Source: Balanoglossus misakiensis (taxonomy: Eukaryota > Animalia > Hemichordata). Taken from it: DNA of 64,000 nt. Position 1 is the stretch's first letter. Each line of letters begins with the position of its first letter. The position numbers and the translations under genes are program-made. Under the pieces are notes generated by a model. The model ran no database searches. It was not told the DNA's origin and saw nothing but the letters and a program-made list of their open reading frames with translations. This document shows positions 23,501 through 38,500 of the stretch, piece after piece. The stretch spans positions 3,480,275 to 3,544,274 of the forward strand of contig CM082587.2 of the NCBI GenBank assembly GCA_040954595.2. Reading direction: 5' to 3'.

Positions 23501-26500
23501 TTCGTCTTTACTCTCTGCTATTGTGCATAGACACATACACAGATAGACAGACGGATATATTTATTGAATAATAAGTTGCATTTTTATTTGTTTTCGTGAT
23601 GCATAGGCTGCCACGATACGAACAGAACAGGCGGAGTACCGTGTACAACCTTTGAGGGAAGACCATGCTCTGAGATATACGGTGGATCAAAATGAACCAC
23701 CGGCACACATCATCCATAGATTGGGCAAAACTGCGTCAGAATGTGCGATGGAAGGTAAAGCAGAGTTGCTGAACAATATGCATGTGGTTCAGATAAATCT
23801 TATTTTTTTATTTATTGGTATGGAGCCTCCAAGCCTTATGATGCCACTCCTTTGTCATGCCACGTTTTCATTTTTTTTTTCAGATGAAAAAGCTGAGAGG
23901 CAAAAGCGTGACGTTCAGAACAGGGGCGGCGCATACGAAACAAAATACGTCGAGATCTTAGTTGTCGCAGACGAGACCGTGAAACAAGAGTATGGTGGAG
24001 ATACGGAGTTCTACATTCTAAGCATGCTCAACCAGGTAAGCAGACGGCATTTGGCATGTATTGGCCAATGTGAAAAACTGCATTTTTGCGGAGTACATCA
24101 TGTCTGGGAATGACTCTTCTAAAATGACACCAAATCTCTTTCATCATTACAGGTTGCAGGTCTGTACAAGGATAAAACTATTGGTGCTGACATCAAACTC
24201 CACATTAGTAAAATAAGAATCCTGGAAGAAGCAATGCCAGAGATGGAGATAAGTGACAACATAGAGACCAGTCTGCAACAATTCTGTGCTTGGCAACGTG
24301 GTGAAAGTGCCGACGTTTCTGTTCTTATCAGCAGGTACATACATGGGGCCAAAATATTCATTTAGTGTTACAGTATCAAAAGGAAACTCCACCACAATAC
24401 TGGGTTTTAGCCGTTTTTGAATATTTGACATTATACCGTAGTATAGGTGAACGTGTCATTTAAATTTTGTGGAATATTCCGTCTTCTGCAGGAGAGATCT
24501 GGCTTTCGGCGACCACCGCGACGTCACTGGAAACTCCTTCGATATTGGCACAGCCTGTGACGCCAACAGGCGTTGCTCAATCGCAGAAGACCATGGCCCG
24601 AACGGGCTGGTGTTCACCGTGGCCCATGAAATAGCCCACCTGTAAGTAAGAACTCAAACCCCTTCGCAAAACTTCGTGATCTCTAAAACATGTTTGATTT
24701 TCTTGCGTGTGTTTCTTGTTCTCGATCAGTGTGATCGTGAGCTCAAAGAGGTCAGAATAAGTCAGGCGTTGACCAAGGCCAAAAAAGTCCATTGACACCC
24801 AAAAAGCAGAAAAACACTTCGTAAACAAAACCACAACTTGCAGTTCCCCGCTTTCCTTGACATCAGGCATATCAAGGCCAATAACCTACGGCGCCAAATC
24901 GCCCAGCCAAGGGGCCAGTCGCTTTATGACAGACTCGGGCATATAACATTGCAAGACCAGCTGTACTAATAATTAGGAATAAATACGAAATTAAAATTTA
25001 CAATAACGTATTTTAATGACGTGCATTTTCTTTTTATAGACTGGGAGTATACCACGATGGACAGATGAATGGGTGTGAAGACGAAGGATTCATTATGTCA
25101 TCGACTGATTCAGGCGGTAAAGACGCTTTCAAGTGGTCAGAATGCAGCCGAATTAATTTACTGGACTGGCTGAAGTAAGTTTATTCTCCACAGGCCTATT
25201 TGTGACAATGGAAAGCAGAGTCTGCAGAACCTGTACCCTGGGGACTTTTTTTCGTGAAAATTGTGTATATCACGGTTACTTCACAGTGGAGTGACCGTGA
25301 TCTAGCTAGTTGAACACCTGCATGAACCACGCGGCCACGCCCAGTTAAAAATTAATAGCAAGGCCGGAAGTTTTTTGACCTTTGACATTTTAATTGATAA
25401 ACGAAAGCGAGGCTCGAGGTGGGATATATGAACATTGGTGTCAAGTGAAGGAATGATTCTAATAGTAAGTTGGGATATTCGGACTTTTCTTCTTTTAATC
25501 GATAACATATCCAACTTACAACTGACATTACGCACTATTTGGTTCCTATACTGGTTTTCCAAGTAGTAATTTTTACTTAATTTCCCTTCAGATCGGACTC
25601 CTCGAGTTGCCTAGACAATGTCCCACCTGCTTCGTCCAAGTATTTTCTAAGCAGTGTTCCTCTGCCTGGACATTTCTACGACGCTGATTTCCAGTGTCGG
25701 TCTCTTCATAATGATGACACTGCTACAGTCTCACAGACTTCCAAGGATACTGACGTAAGTACTACTCCACAGTCGCTTGTAAACTGGGTAGTTAATAAGT
25801 TTATGCAAACAAAAACTAACTAGGTTTTACTGTAATCTATTTCAGGATATTTGTAATGAGCTTTCTTGTGACTATGGTACATTTTCTGCAGTCTCCAATC
25901 ACATTCCCCCTCTTGATGGAACAAGTTGCGGACATCAAAAGGTAACTGTCCAACATTTTTCTGTAGATGTTTGCATGCATGTTAAATTTGGTAAACTGGT
26001 AATGGTGATATGTGTTGAGTATACTGTAGTGTATAAGAAATGCCTTCTTTGTTTGATGTACAGGCATGCATCACTGGCTGGTGTATGGACCTTGCTTCCA
26101 AGTTGGATTGTGGAGGAGGAGATTGCCCCCCAACGTAAGTTGAAGCTCCATCAGCCATAACTTTTTGTCACAATTTTGATAGAGTTGTTCAGATATTTTC
26201 ACCACAGGAAAACTATGGCATGAGGAGTACAAGAAAAGTGCTGACTCAGCATTTTCCACAATATTTGAGACGTGAACATCCTGTTTTTTCTATATTTTTG
26301 TATTCAAAATTTATTGATATTACAGTATACTAGTTTATAAAAATCAGGAAAAGGACAATATTTTCAATCAAGAGTAGACTCCCACCTTAATCTTGCTTTT
26401 CCTTTTTCTAGATATATATCGGGAACCTGGACCACATGTGATGCACAGTGCGTCCAGAATAGACAGGTTCTGTGTGCCGAGGTTCATGACGATGGCAGTA

Positions 26501-29500
26501 CGGTCATTCTTGATTATTCTGCATGCTCTGCACTGACACCTGTAGCAGACCAACGATGCTGTTGTAAAACTGGGATCTGTTCTGTGGTGGCTGGCGCTGA
26601 AGAAAGGTAAATGAGGGTGCACCAAATTTGACAAGCCTTGGTCACCAGTAGTTTACTTTGATCCCTTTTCACGTGGAATAATAATGAGTGGCTTTGGTCA
26701 ACATTATGAGCTAGCTGAGCGAAATTAAGTAGAGCCTCAGCTGCAAGCAGTCTTGATGACCCTGTCCTAGTCTTGTCTTTCAGTACAATATTTCTTCCAT
26801 GTATAATGTATGTACAGCTGTACCAACAAAATTACTGAGATGCAAGATCTCAGTAGGATCATGAAGGGGCAACGTAGAATGGACTAGATCCACAGTAATC
26901 TATAATATATTGACTGACGTATGGAGAATTGTATTGCAGGTACCAGTGGATAGCCAGTTCTTGGAGCTCCTGCTCAGCGACCTGTGGAACGGCTCAGCAG
27001 ACTCGTATCGTGACCTGCTACGACAGTGTGGCAAACCTGCCCACAGAGGTGGAAACCCTGTGCAACGCAGATCTGAGACCTGCCGGACTTCAGGACTGCA
27101 GCCTACCGGACTGCCCCGTACCATCAAATTACATTTGGCTCATTGGTGCTTATGGTCCGGTATGTACAGAGCAGTGCAGTGAAATTTTCTTCAGTCTTAC
27201 CACTCCATGTGCCAGTTTCATTGGTTTGACAAAGGATGGAAAAAGATCGCAAAAGATTCACACCCGGGGCAGTTAATCTGATCAACTTACACAACAATAC
27301 AGATAATTATTATGATAACGAGTGCCGATTGTTTTCACAAAATGACAGTAGGTCCACTGATACTCTATAATTACTTTCAGGAGAAAACTGATTTGGACTC
27401 GAACCTATGAAGCGTTTTTTAAACGTAACAATATGGCTATCCGCATTACCATGAGAAACTTCTTTAACAGTTAATTTTATTTCATTTCACGATACAGTGT
27501 TCAGTAACATGTGGTGGAGGAACACAGGTACAAGGACTGGCCTGCTACGACAGTACTCTCAACACTCTCGTCAATAACGACGTCTGCACAGCCAACCTAG
27601 GGGAAGCTCCAGAGCTACAGACTCGAGAATGCAACATTCAATCCTGTGGGCCGTCGAACACGTACCAGTTTGTTGTAGGAGCGTTTGGAGCTGTAAGTCT
27701 GCCCTTACCAGAAATGTTCTATAGATCTCTATTGTATTCTATAGATTTTAACGTGTCTATAGAATTCCACAGAAAAAGGTTGAAAGATGTGGAGTATTCT
27801 GCTGTACTTTCACTCGCTTCGCCCGTGTAAGTACGGCCGCAGGAAACACCGAATCGCTCATGAAAATAACTTCCATAGGGCACAGATCACACGTAGAGGT
27901 CATGAAGTTCTGTCATAGCTGCATATACTGGCATAAGGGTAGACTTCATCATTTGACCGCTATTGAACCTCAATTTTACATCCACAGTGCAGCGTCACTT
28001 GCGGCGATGGAGTTCAAACTCGGAGTGTCACATGTGTCGATTTGTCCAATAATAATGTACCGGTTGATGGCACTAACTGTATTAACCAAGGTCTTACTGA
28101 ACCATCAACCGTCCAAGCCTGTAATCTTGGAAATTGCCCAGTGACTGTAATCTATGAATTTTATACCAGTGAATATCAGGCTGTGAGTATGGCGGAGTCT
28201 CATCTGTGTCTTTTGATGTTTCGTAAGGTGGAAAGTCATGCACTGTGTTCTGTGTTGTCTACTAGTCACTCTCTCTGTTCATTTGGGGCAGAGTGGGTCA
28301 GTTTCACTGTGTTTACATTTTGGATTTTGCTGTTATAATGTTCTGCACTGTCAAGAACTTGATGTTGAATGTAGTATGTACATTGTTTCTATCTTCCTTC
28401 TTGCACCCTGTACATGTGTATCGTTGCTGTTTTTGTAGTTGGATAAAACTCTGGTTTTTGCCAGTTTTATTTCACAGTCCAGTAGCTTAGATGAATCCAT
28501 GTTCAATACCCCCTGATATCTCTCAATGTAGTGGGAACTTTGGAGTAATTTCACTCTCTTCTGTTAGAATCCTGATGTTGAATATTAAGTTTGTTGTTTC
28601 TATCTTTATTCTGCACCATGTGTCTTTTGGTGTCTCTGTAGTAGGATAGAATCCTGTCTCGAGTGAACTTTGTCTGTCAGTCCAATCTCTCTCATAGCAC
28701 AATATCTTAGACCAAATGCAGTCACCATCTTCAACACTTGCAATGATATTTCTTGACAGTGCACAGTAACCTGTGGAGATGGTGTTCAAATCAGAACAGT
28801 CTACTGTAGAGAAGTTGGTACAACCGCACCAGTATCGGATTCTCTGTGTACCCAGCAAGGTCTTGAGAAACCTGGAAATGTGCAGTTTTGTTCTCTGGGG
28901 GCTTGTCCCTCCACGACATACCAATTTGTTTCAGAGTCCTGGTCTGAAGTATGTCAATGATTACTCATCTTGTAGTCCTTAGGCTTTAGGTTTTAGCTTA
29001 GAAATATATAGACTATAGAATTCTATAGATATCTATATCCCAAGTAAAAAAGTGCATGTATTTGTCAATTTGATTGCTTGAAACTCTCGCTGATTACAGT
29101 CATAGAGTGGCACATTGGCTTGTAATCCACAGAGAAGACTTCAACCAGTATGGATGCAATGCTTTCACTCATCAGGGTTGCTGTCCAAAGTTAACTGGTG
29201 TCGCATCTATTAATTCCAAAGCTTTAACCCTCTAACAATACCAACCTCAGCCAAGACATTTCTGTTCACATCTCTCAGAAGTAGATTTACTCTCAAGTAT
29301 TGATGCAACTTTTTTCCTTTTTCTCCCTCAAACACAACAGTGCTCAGTGACATGTGGAGATGGTTTTCAAACAAGACCAGTATATTGCGTTCAAGTTGGT
29401 TCCACTACGCAAGTCTCAGACTCTCTGTGCACCCAGCAAGGCCTGACCAAACCCAGTGATGTACAGTCATGTTCCCTGCAAGCTTGCCCAACCACCGTGT

Positions 29501-32500
29501 ACCAGTTTGTCCCAGGCAGCTGGTCTGAGGTATGTACTAAGACTATCCATAATCAAGCATAATTTATTTTTAGTTTATCCTTTTTTTATACCTGTTCATT
29601 GTGTTACCACAGTACATTGTAGCTGCCGTTACTTTTGAAAGTGATGATCCTAACATGACCTGTAGCTGCAGGCATTTTTCATAAATATGAGTGCGCAATC
29701 TGGAAACGTAAACAAACATGTTGGTATGGAGATAGATAGCTTTCAAGGAGAAAGTATATGATTATTAATCATTGTACAGAAACTTATTTTTATTTCATTG
29801 AACTGCTGATCTTGTCTTACATGCATGAGTTTCCCTACCAACTTGCGTGTACATTTACATGCAGTATCCCTGCCAACTTCAAGCAATTTCACTGTAGTTC
29901 CTTCCCCTGCTGACTTACACTGTTCAGGCTATCCCATGCCTCCACGCAGTTTCCCTTCTGACTTGTGCAGCTGGGAGTTCATATCCCAGTAGAACAGTTA
30001 ACATTTTTACACCCTTCCCCACATGGTACATCATACGCTATCCATACTCTTGACTCCAATGTGGCATTTCCTCAGTTTATACATGTGCATGCATGCTCTG
30101 TACTGAGATATTGCTTACCCCTGTGCATGCATGCTTCGCAGCGCAACTGAAAAAGGGTCTTATGTCCTTCAGTATTTAACATGCATGTTTTTTAACATGG
30201 TCTGTTGGACTGACTGCAAGCTTTGCAGAAGTGGCATTTGCTATAGTCGTGCTCTATAACTGCCTTTTAGCTGCCAGTTAAATTTGCATGGCTGCGTTGA
30301 CCTGCGTGTCAGCCCATGGCTCCCAGCACAACTTGCCAGACAGCAAGCCTCTCTGTCTCTCTCTCATGTGGCAATGTTGTTTTTCAAATGACGACATCAC
30401 GCACATTTTTGCAACAAATCACACAGTGCAGTGTGACCTGCGGACGCGGCTACCAGTTCAGAGACGTCGACTGCAGGGAGACTGCGTCCGGCGAGATCGT
30501 AAGCGATACTCTGTGCGTCACGCAAGGCCTGGTGAAGCCTGCTCCCTTGCAGGTCTGCGACTTGGAACCGTGCGCCTACGAATACTACACGGGAAACTGG
30601 CAACAAGTATGTAGGACACGCTTGGCATGCACCATGCGAAAGACTGTGCTTACAAATACACTGTACACGGCTGCAGCTTGTGAAATTGCTTTACAGCAAA
30701 TTTTCAAGTAAAGAGTCATAGTTATAGTTGCGCTGGCGTCAGATGCATTTGGAAGTACCAATTATTCAGTACCTACCATAAAAACTCAATTAATGCAGTC
30801 TTATAATACAGCCTCCTCTCATACGGTAATTCAACCAACCAATTTTTTTTATTCTTACCTTCCCACTTTTTAAACAGTGCACAGTAACATGCGGTGGTGG
30901 AACTCAGTCGAGAGTGGTCTACTGCACTGCTATTAGTTCTGGAGGGGCAACTTCGGTGGCTGATTCCCTCTGCATCCAGCAAGGTCTGGTCAAGCCGTCT
31001 GAGGTGCAGAGTTGTAATACCCAGTCCTGTCCCGTGGTGGAGACGTACACTTACTTTGCAGGAAACTGGGGAGAGGTGAGTTCTGAGATTTCAATTGCCC
31101 TGATTTTGTCGTCAATCCTTACTCATTTTATATATCAGTGTTATTAAGGTTATCCACACTTCAGAAAGTGTAGTCATTTGTAGTATAGGCAGTGGAAATT
31201 CTGCAGAGTTCTCATAATGTTTATAAACTTGTCTATTGCAGTGTTCTGTCACCTGTGGTAACGGAGTGCAGACCAGACAAGCTGTGTGCTTCCGTCTGTC
31301 AGATTCTCAAATAGTCGCAGATAGTTTCTGTGAAGTGGCTGGAAATCAGAGACCTGTCACATCCCAGTTATGTCAGCTTAACGCCTGTCCTGTTGGAACG
31401 TATGAATATTACACTGGACCATTTGGAGCGGTAAGTTGGGGTTATTATTCTTTGAAACTGGACAGATGTACAGTATGTGCAAGAGAAGGTAGGAAAGATG
31501 AGATTTTTCTTCTTGGCTCCTCGTTTGTCAAAGATTGGTAGACAGATTATGTCCAAAATTCATAGTGTAATTATAATAAATAATATTGTCTTTTGTTCCA
31601 GTGTTCCGAGCCATGTGGTACAGGTGTTCAGACCAGAACTGTCTACTGTGTAAGAGTCGGGGAAACAACTCAAGTTGCTCAGAGCCTTTGCATTGGCCAG
31701 GGATTAGTTCAACCTGATACAGCTCAGGCCTGCAATACAGATCCTTGCACCTCATATGCTTTTGATGTTGGAACATGGGGACAGGTAGGTGTGATTAAAA
31801 ACACTGTATGAATACTTTTCGTCATGAAAATGGTCAATAATCACCTGAATGGATACTAGATAGAATGTGATGCAGTTGGGTCATTTTGACAACTTTCTTG
31901 AATTACTTGTTAAGTCTGGCAAAGTGCTGTTCGGTATGTGGCTGAGAATGATGACATGTTTTGAGACCAGATCCAACACGGCTGTTGCCATGTGTGTATT
32001 GGGTATGCGATTGAAAGTTTCCCTTTGAAGCGAAGCATGAATGTACAGGCATTCTTAATAACCAGTTGATTGTTTCAGAAAACAATTCAGGAAAATGTTC
32101 TCACACATGTTTTCTATTCGACCCAGTGTTCGTCCACTTGCGGCTCCGGAACTCAGACAAGAAATGTCATCTGTATTGACACTGTGTCCGGCGCAGCAGT
32201 GGACATGTCAATTTGCATTAACGCTGGTTTACAAATGCCAGGCACAGTACAACAGTGTCCTGACCTGTCACCATGCCCAGTTTATGACTTTGTAACAGGA
32301 CAGTGGGGAGAGGTGAGCGTTTTTTTTTCATAGCTTCAAATAGCGTCCGTATGCTTTTTCACAGAAGTTAATTTCAAACATTGATGAGCGACTACCAGAC
32401 TAATCATAATTGTTTGTTTTATTTTTCGCACCTCTCTTTTCATGACGTTCAATTGCACTTGTATAATGTTGTTCAAACTGTAAATTAATGAAAGCTATCC

Positions 32501-35500
32501 TGAAACGTTTGATGCAGTGTTCGTCCACTTGCGATTCCGGAAACCAGACCAGGACGGTCACTTGCGTTGACTCTGTGACCAGCACAGAGGTTGACATGGC
32601 ACTTTGCATGAATGAAAGTCTGCAAATGCCAAACACAGTACAGGAATGCCCAGACTTGTCGCCATGCCCAGTCTATGACTTTGTTCCAGAAGAGTGGGGA
32701 AGTGTATGTACAGATTTACAAATGTGATGTAACCGTAATAGACTTCAGTAGAGTTTCCTTGTCAAAAATGTATCTTTCTCTTTCATATAAATATAAAGAT
32801 TAAATTTGTTCCTCATATTTAAATTCTTAATATTCTTGTTTAAATATTATAATTATATATGTCATTTCTTGTATATGTGACGTAATGTGAGTTTTAACAT
32901 CAATGTTCAATAACTTCAACCACTGAAATAATCTGTCTATAAAGTGTCTTCTTGTTGATATAAATGTCAAAAAGTAATCTACTTAATTTGCTAGCAACTT
33001 TGCCATATTGGACCCTATATCTGCAGCCACAGATGATGGGAAGACATCCACCCTTTTAACAATTATTCCAACATTTCTTAAGTTGATTTTGAATCAGTTA
33101 TGTACATGTTAGTTACCAGAATTTGCCATACTTAAACAATTCTATACTTCGGAACACTCGTTTTCAGTTGTTTTGTTTTTCCATCTCTGTTCAGTGTTCA
33201 GCAACTTGCGGTGAGGGAATCCGCTTCCGTTCTGTTCTGTGTGTGGACCAAGCTAACGCCAATCAAGTGGTCGACAACAGTCTTTGTGTTGCGGCTGGAT
33301 TAGTGGCACCAGATGCTCAAGAAGCTTGTAATATCCAATCTTGCGAAGGTGGTGATGTGTAAGTTTTATTCTTTTGTTTTATAAACATATGTTTTATATG
33401 TTTTGTCATTCTTACCTACTTTTGGAACTTCTCTGCCGCATTAAAAGTTGACAATCATACAATTATCTGCAAATGAAATGCTGTGTCTTGTACGTTCCGA
33501 AACAGGTACCTCTTCATTACGAGTTCTTGGGGTGATTGCGAGTGTTCCACCAGCCTGCAGAGGAGGTTGGTGAGATGTTTCAGGATTACAGTCACTCAGC
33601 TCTTTGCCGCTGATGATGCTGCCTGTGAAGCCCTGAATCAGATCAAGCCGGACGATACACAAGCGTGCATCCCTGACAGCTCTTGCGGAGTGTGGAGAAC
33701 TGCTGAATGGGATGAGGTGAGTACAGATGTGTGGTGTTTACAGATCCTAGTCTGATACTCAGATGTCGTCAATATGGTACCCTTTTTTCCAAACTGATTA
33801 AAGGTATACGGTCACCTATGGAAAATTAGCTATAGTTACCATGGCAAAATCAGATCTAGCCAATCACATATTTTCAGTGGGTGGCACACGTGAAAAAAAG
33901 AGCCCCACCATATGTTCTTTAGAACCCTCAAATACTCCATTTCAGCCATATATGGGCGTATGTAAATTGGAGGTGACTGTATACCTTTAAGGCATGATTT
34001 GACTGTCCCAATATGTCACCAATTATTTCAATTCTGCGATTGCTCTTGTTTCCAGTGTTCTGTCACCTGTGGCGTTGGCACTCAAAGGAGGAGCGTGTTC
34101 TGTGTTGCGGCAAATAATCAATTTACCATCTTGCCTGAAGAGCTTTGTCCTGCAGAGAGACCTGCAGTTGTCCAGGAATGTGACACTGGTGTGCAGTGTG
34201 AGAAAGCGTAAGTTAATTAGCGCAAGATTTATCACTGCAATTTCCATTGTACAATTGTTCAGCATGTGGTTTTATCCAGGCATCTTGCCATGATTACAGT
34301 ACAGATGTGGAGGTAAAGGGAATTTCAAATGGGCTTTGCTCTGTGCTTTATATCATGTTTTGCCATGAAAAAGAGGTCCTCATATTATTCAAAATCAAAA
34401 CTCCTGACCAAGATGGTGAATTTGCTAGGGTTTGGAAATGCAAGCAAGTGAACTATGTGTACATGGTGACAACGTCACTGTATCATCTTTCCCTCTAACA
34501 CAGCCACTACTGGTTAACGGAACCCTGGTCTGAGTGTTCAACCACTTGTGGCGATGGCGTCAGGACTCGGGAGACCAGCTGTTACACTCTGAATGGAGTG
34601 ATCAGACAGGTCGATAACTCCTTCTGTGATGCCGCCGAGGAACCGGACAAAACCGAAACGTGCAATCTGCGACCGTGCCAGGGAGTTTGGGTGGCACATC
34701 CATGGACACTGGTGAGTGTGGATCGATCACCCCTTTCTGTATCTTATTCTTTCAGTGCCAGTCCAGATTCTTTCATACAAGCTTCCACACTGACTTGCCG
34801 CGCCAATGGGGTTGCCACCTGCTGCTTGATCCAGGGTTCATTTAAATATTATTTAAGCTTTGTTTGTTGATATTTTTGTCTTCGTGTTGTTACCTGTACA
34901 TTGTAGTGCTCTGTGACCTGTGGCGGTGGAACCCAGACCCGTGAGATAGATTGTCGTTTGGCCAAAGATGCAACTGAATCTGTAGACGTGTCAAGCTGTG
35001 TGGAGGAAGATTCACCTCCTGTTGAACGGGAATGCAATGATGGACCATGCCCCAGTCCATACAGTGAGTATAGTATGCCAGCTTTCAGTTTGAATTCACA
35101 GATGGGCACTTGAAAAACACTCACAAAATTGTAATAATTTTTTCAATTCCCATGTGTTCATATAAGGTAGTATCTGCATCTCATAAATTATTTACATATC
35201 TAATACTCAAGGAACCCGGATAACTTTGGGTTTGTATTGGAAAGTGATCAGGATGAGGCCAAAAACCAGTATGATATATATGCATGTACTTATTATGACG
35301 AAATGGGAGCACAGTGTCCCCTGACACTATTTTCTCTACTTTCAGATTGTGGCAACACCTTCTTCACTGAGACTGGTACAATTCTGTCACCTCAGTTCCC
35401 CGGTTATTACCCACCAGACGTGGAGTGCCTAAATACCATTACACTCCGACCTGAAGAACGGGTACAACTTGGCGACGACACGCAGCATTTTGAGATCGAG

Positions 35501-38500
35501 TTCTCTGAGTTCTATCTGGAAGAAGCAGCGGACTGCAGATATGATTACGTTGAGGTATGCAATCCTAAATTACAACGAAGCCCATCATGAGAGAAAAATA
35601 CTTTTAAAAAAAATAGTCAAAAGTTAGAGTTACTGGAGCTTGAACATCACTGGTATTTACACAATGTGATGCTTGCCCGTGAACAGCAAATATGTCAGTA
35701 AAATCAAACTGCGGCATTTGTCTTTTTTTTTCCTCACTGTTCACAGATAATAGATGTCCTCACAAATACTCACGAGAAACTCTGCGGGGATCTGGATGAG
35801 CTTCCATACACATACGTCTCACAAGGTGACCACGTGGAGGTCAACTTTGTCAGCGATGCGACTGTTGCCAACGCCGGTTTCCTAGCAACCTGGAGGAGAG
35901 TAGCCGATGCTGTTCCATCGTACAGAGCTGGTGATTGGTCAGAGGTATGATATAAAGACTGTCGTAATTTTGATCAGACTTGCACAGCACATGAGTATAA
36001 AAGTTTATGTTTGGTGGCTTTGGTGGAAATATTTTTTATGTGCTTCTATCGTTTTGGGTGAACATAATTTTAGTGGAGTGGAAATTACTCTAGTGTGATT
36101 CTAATTTCTACCATTTTGGTGACTGGAATTAATTTCAATGTACCTCCGTAGTGTTCTGCTGTCTGTGGTGAAGGTGAGCAGAGGAGACCTGTAACATGCA
36201 TTCTCAGAGGCCTTGCAGTTCCTGCAGCAGAATGCGAAAGACTTGCTTTAGAAAGACCAGCAGACAGACAGCCTTGTCCGGAAACACCCACTTGTCCACC
36301 ATACAGTAAGTTCTGCTGTGATTTGAGCACACAAACTCAGATTATGAAATTGAAGGAGTGAGATCTATTTATCATGTAAGACATGACTTGAGAATGTTTA
36401 AGATCTTACCTGGCTAACCCTGGCTTTTCCTAACTTCGATAACCATGTTGTCTTCTTTCCTTGTGCCAATCCAGCTGATGTATGCGATGACTTGATACTG
36501 ACGACAGGATCTCAGATTTATTCTCCCGGATACCCAGCCAACTATGCTCCAGATTCAGACTGCACGACGCACATCCGGAATCCAGATGGCTGTGTCAGGA
36601 TCACATTTACTGACCTGGCTATAATGGGAGGTCCAGGATGCTCTGATGACTTTGTTGAGGTTGGTGGTAGTGTAATGTGTTGCGAAAAAGTAGTCTTTGC
36701 CCATGGCTTGTTTGTGTGTGTTACTGTGTCTCTGTCAGTCTGTCTGTCTGTCTGTCTGTCTGTCCTCCTACACATAAATTTCAATGTCAAAAAAGAAGAA
36801 AACTTACAGACCAATAAACAACTTTTTCAGCTTAGACATTTTAGCAGCCCCATATGTACATAATTATATAACTGCATAATATGTGATATACATGTACATG
36901 TATATCAGTACGTAAATACATATAGATCTTTACTGTTTCATCTTCTTTTAATTAAAATCCTTCCGTCAACACATTCTTTCTTGATATCAGGTAAATGATG
37001 AGATCGTCCCTTCATTAACAAGAAGATATTGCGGAACTCCAAGAGAGATGCCCGTCTGGCAATCATTGAATGACAACACAACAGTGACCGTAACATTCCA
37101 TAGCAACGCTGAACAGGAAAACAGGGGATTCTCTGCCGATGTGGAGTTTATAGATTGTGTTCAATATGTTTGGGTGACTGGGCCATGGACACCTGTAAGT
37201 ATCCTTTTCATTGTGTGAAACTGATTGAAATAATGCAAAGCTGAATGGGTGCGACAGCCGCCCGCTTCTCGCAACACTGACCAAAAAATGTTGGTCACTC
37301 GCATCGTGTAAAGATATGTTTCAATTCTGAATGCCACCTTATGTCTCACTGTATGTGTGTTTGAGTCCAGGTCACAAACACACAAACCTATGCACTACAA
37401 CCATTCATCACAAATTTCGTACTTATACCCCATCATCGCAGAGGAGACAGCTAGAAGTACAGATTTATCGGTATTTAATAACTGGTTTAATTATCTTTCA
37501 TGTTGTGTACATGACAGTGCTATCTTCCGTGTGGTAATGCTACAAGATCACGCACAGTGGAGTGCATCAACACAGCCACAAACCAAGTGGTCGATGGCTT
37601 GTTATGTCCGTCAGAAGTACCTGACGATGAAGAAGAGTGCCGCCTTCCACCTTGTTCAGGTAAGGAGTTTTTCATTTCCAGCTCCACCAATGTTCAGTGA
37701 GACAGTGAAACAGTCGCCCCCGTCCCTGGCTGTCGTACTGTGCAATGTAGTGACCATCCTTTTAAATTGCAGGAGTTGCTCGTTCATATGCGGTGTATGA
37801 GACCGTGAACACATACCAGTAGATGCACATACATGTAAACAATGTTATTGTATTCTTGCAGATTGTAATGAGGTCATCACGGAGCCAGATGTATTCATCC
37901 GTTCACCCAACTTCCCAAATCTGTACCCCAACAATGACTTGTGTCGAATATCGATTACTAACCCGAATCCAGAGGGTTGTGTCCGTCTTATTTTCCTCAA
38001 CTTTGACGTCCAGGGAGGAAGAGAGGAGGGAGTGTGTGACACAGACAAGCTTGAGGTGAGTGATGTTGTAATTCGGAGTGAGACAAGACCACTGACATTA
38101 AGTGTTGTGATATGAGCTGATCAAGAAATATAGAACACTGAATTTTAAATTCAGATTTTATTTTGTGTCAAAGTCATACCAGTCCTGTGATATATTCTCA
38201 GTGCAATCTAAAACATTGCTCAGCCAAAATACAAATACAAGATCATGGTTATGTGACTGTATTTTGACATGTCCAGGTTAATGAATAGGAAAAATAACCG
38301 ATGAAGCACAGTTGACAATATTTTAATTTTAAATTTTAATTATCATTTGAATTTTAATTCTCATAGATATTGGATGTAGGCAACGAAGACAGTGGTTTTA
38401 TCCCTCTGTGCGGATCCCGACTACCGCCATCGTACAAATCAGCAATGTCTATGCTTTTCATGACTTTTGAAACTGACCAGGATGTCGCCGGCCGGGGATA

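Noticed and set aside
37199-37207. GTATCCTTT, matching the U12 (minor spliceosome) donor consensus
   Set aside because: It overlaps a canonical GTAAGT donor a few nt upstream that gives the correct phase 0 into the next TSP1 exon; the U12 position would break the frame
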